Source: Clostridia bacterium (lineage in GTDB: Bacteria > Bacillota > Clostridia > Oscillospirales > CAG-272). From it: 64,000 bases of DNA. Below the pieces are notes generated by a model that saw only the letters and a program-made list of their open reading frames with translations, did not search any database and had not been told where the DNA came from. The position numbers and the translations under genes are program-made. Location: positions 72,643 to 136,642 of the forward strand of contig JAFYPF010000001.1 in assembly GCA_017547655.1 (NCBI GenBank). The letters run 5' to 3'. How positions within the stretch are numbered: the first letter of the stretch is position 1; each line of letters opens with the position of its first letter. Shown one piece after another: positions 63,776 to 64,000 of the stretch.

Positions 63776-64000
63776 TTATGGAAGGAGTGTGCCGGGTACA
63801 ACCTTGGGCCAGAAGTTACACTTTGTAAATCCTTCTGCGTAAGCTACACCGCACTGGAGACCACGAAATGCTGCGCAAGTTTTAACAAATTCTGTAAAAT
63901 CAATGTGGTCATGCTCAAGCATCCACTTAATCTGGCTTTCGTGACAGTTAAGCATTTCGAGTTTAAGGTCAATGAACTCGGAAATATCAACGTATTCAGT
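63776..64000 (-). CDS. C-terminal part of a probable PIG-L/LmbE-family deacetylase (5' end outside the window)
   Basis: Open frame on the minus strand from the window edge to TAA (63778-63776). Translation: TEYVDISEFIDLKLEMLNCHESQIKWMLEHDH...AYAEGF. The CHESQ ... AEGF pattern resembles C-termini of the PIG-L family. Confidence 0.45.
   Translation of the reverse strand, partial: TEYVDISEFIDLKLEMLNCHESQIKWMLEHDHIDFTEFVKTCAAFRGLQCGVAYAEGFTKCNFWPKVVPGTLLP

Noticed and set aside
1-64000. Searched by eye for CRISPR arrays, IS elements, transposases, integrases, restriction-modification systems, toxin-antitoxin pairs or known defence-system genes.
   Set aside because: None found. The only repeats are the 25-bp tRNA-end duplication, the two ~46-nt repeats at 56.75-56.91 kb and the LRR coding repeats. 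No ORF shows DDE/tyrosine-recombinase/serine-recombinase, methyltransferase or nuclease-NTPase defence-type motifs apart from the housekeeping SbcCD-like pair.

Overview
Chromosomal window from a low-GC anaerobic Firmicute. It is Clostridia-like: spoIVB, a trimeric [FeFe] hydrogenase and BspA-type LRR lipoproteins suggest a gut or rumen Oscillospiraceae/Ruminococcus-like organism, but that is inference only.

Layout:
(1) 1-4041: hydC(partial)-hydB-hydA, an electron-bifurcating-type [FeFe] hydrogenase operon, followed by a cyclophilin gene.
(2) 4.8-25.5 kb: one co-directional, translationally coupled surface-polysaccharide locus of about 20 kb. It is Wzx/Wzy-type, with 5-6 glycosyltransferases, the L-FucNAc genes fnlABC, an acetamidino-forming amidotransferase, pyruvyl transferase, TagF-like glycerophosphotransferase and three acyltransferases.
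(3) spoIVB, a VanY-like peptidase, an AraC regulator and an AEC transporter.
(4) A well-formed T-box leader with a probable Ile specifier in front of an unusual XRE-HTH/cupin/acyl-CoA-synthetase fusion gene.
(5) A tRNA(CAU) whose 3' end is duplicated 132 bp away, bracketing a GC-rich structured segment.
(6) The cell-shape cluster zapA-DUF4321-maf-mreBCD-pbp2.
(7) Housekeeping genes: proBA, nth, a minD-like gene, mgsA, T-box(Ser)-serS, truB-nrnA-rbfA, an sbcD/sbcC(YhaO/YhaN)-like pair, recG, yajC, yebC, argS and a second mreB paralogue.
(8) An orphan solute-binding lipoprotein and a NagB-like/PIG-L-like pair at the 3' edge.

No CRISPR array, rRNA, transposase, integrase or recognisable defence system was seen.

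The observations most worth a second look:
- the Ile-T-box-controlled regulator-enzyme fusion;
- the att-like tRNA 3'-end duplication;
- a TSCSPGW variant of the H-cluster L1 motif in HydA;
- the predicted zwitterionic, heavily decorated polysaccharide;
- a Rad50/SbcC-like ATPase with a central transmembrane hairpin.
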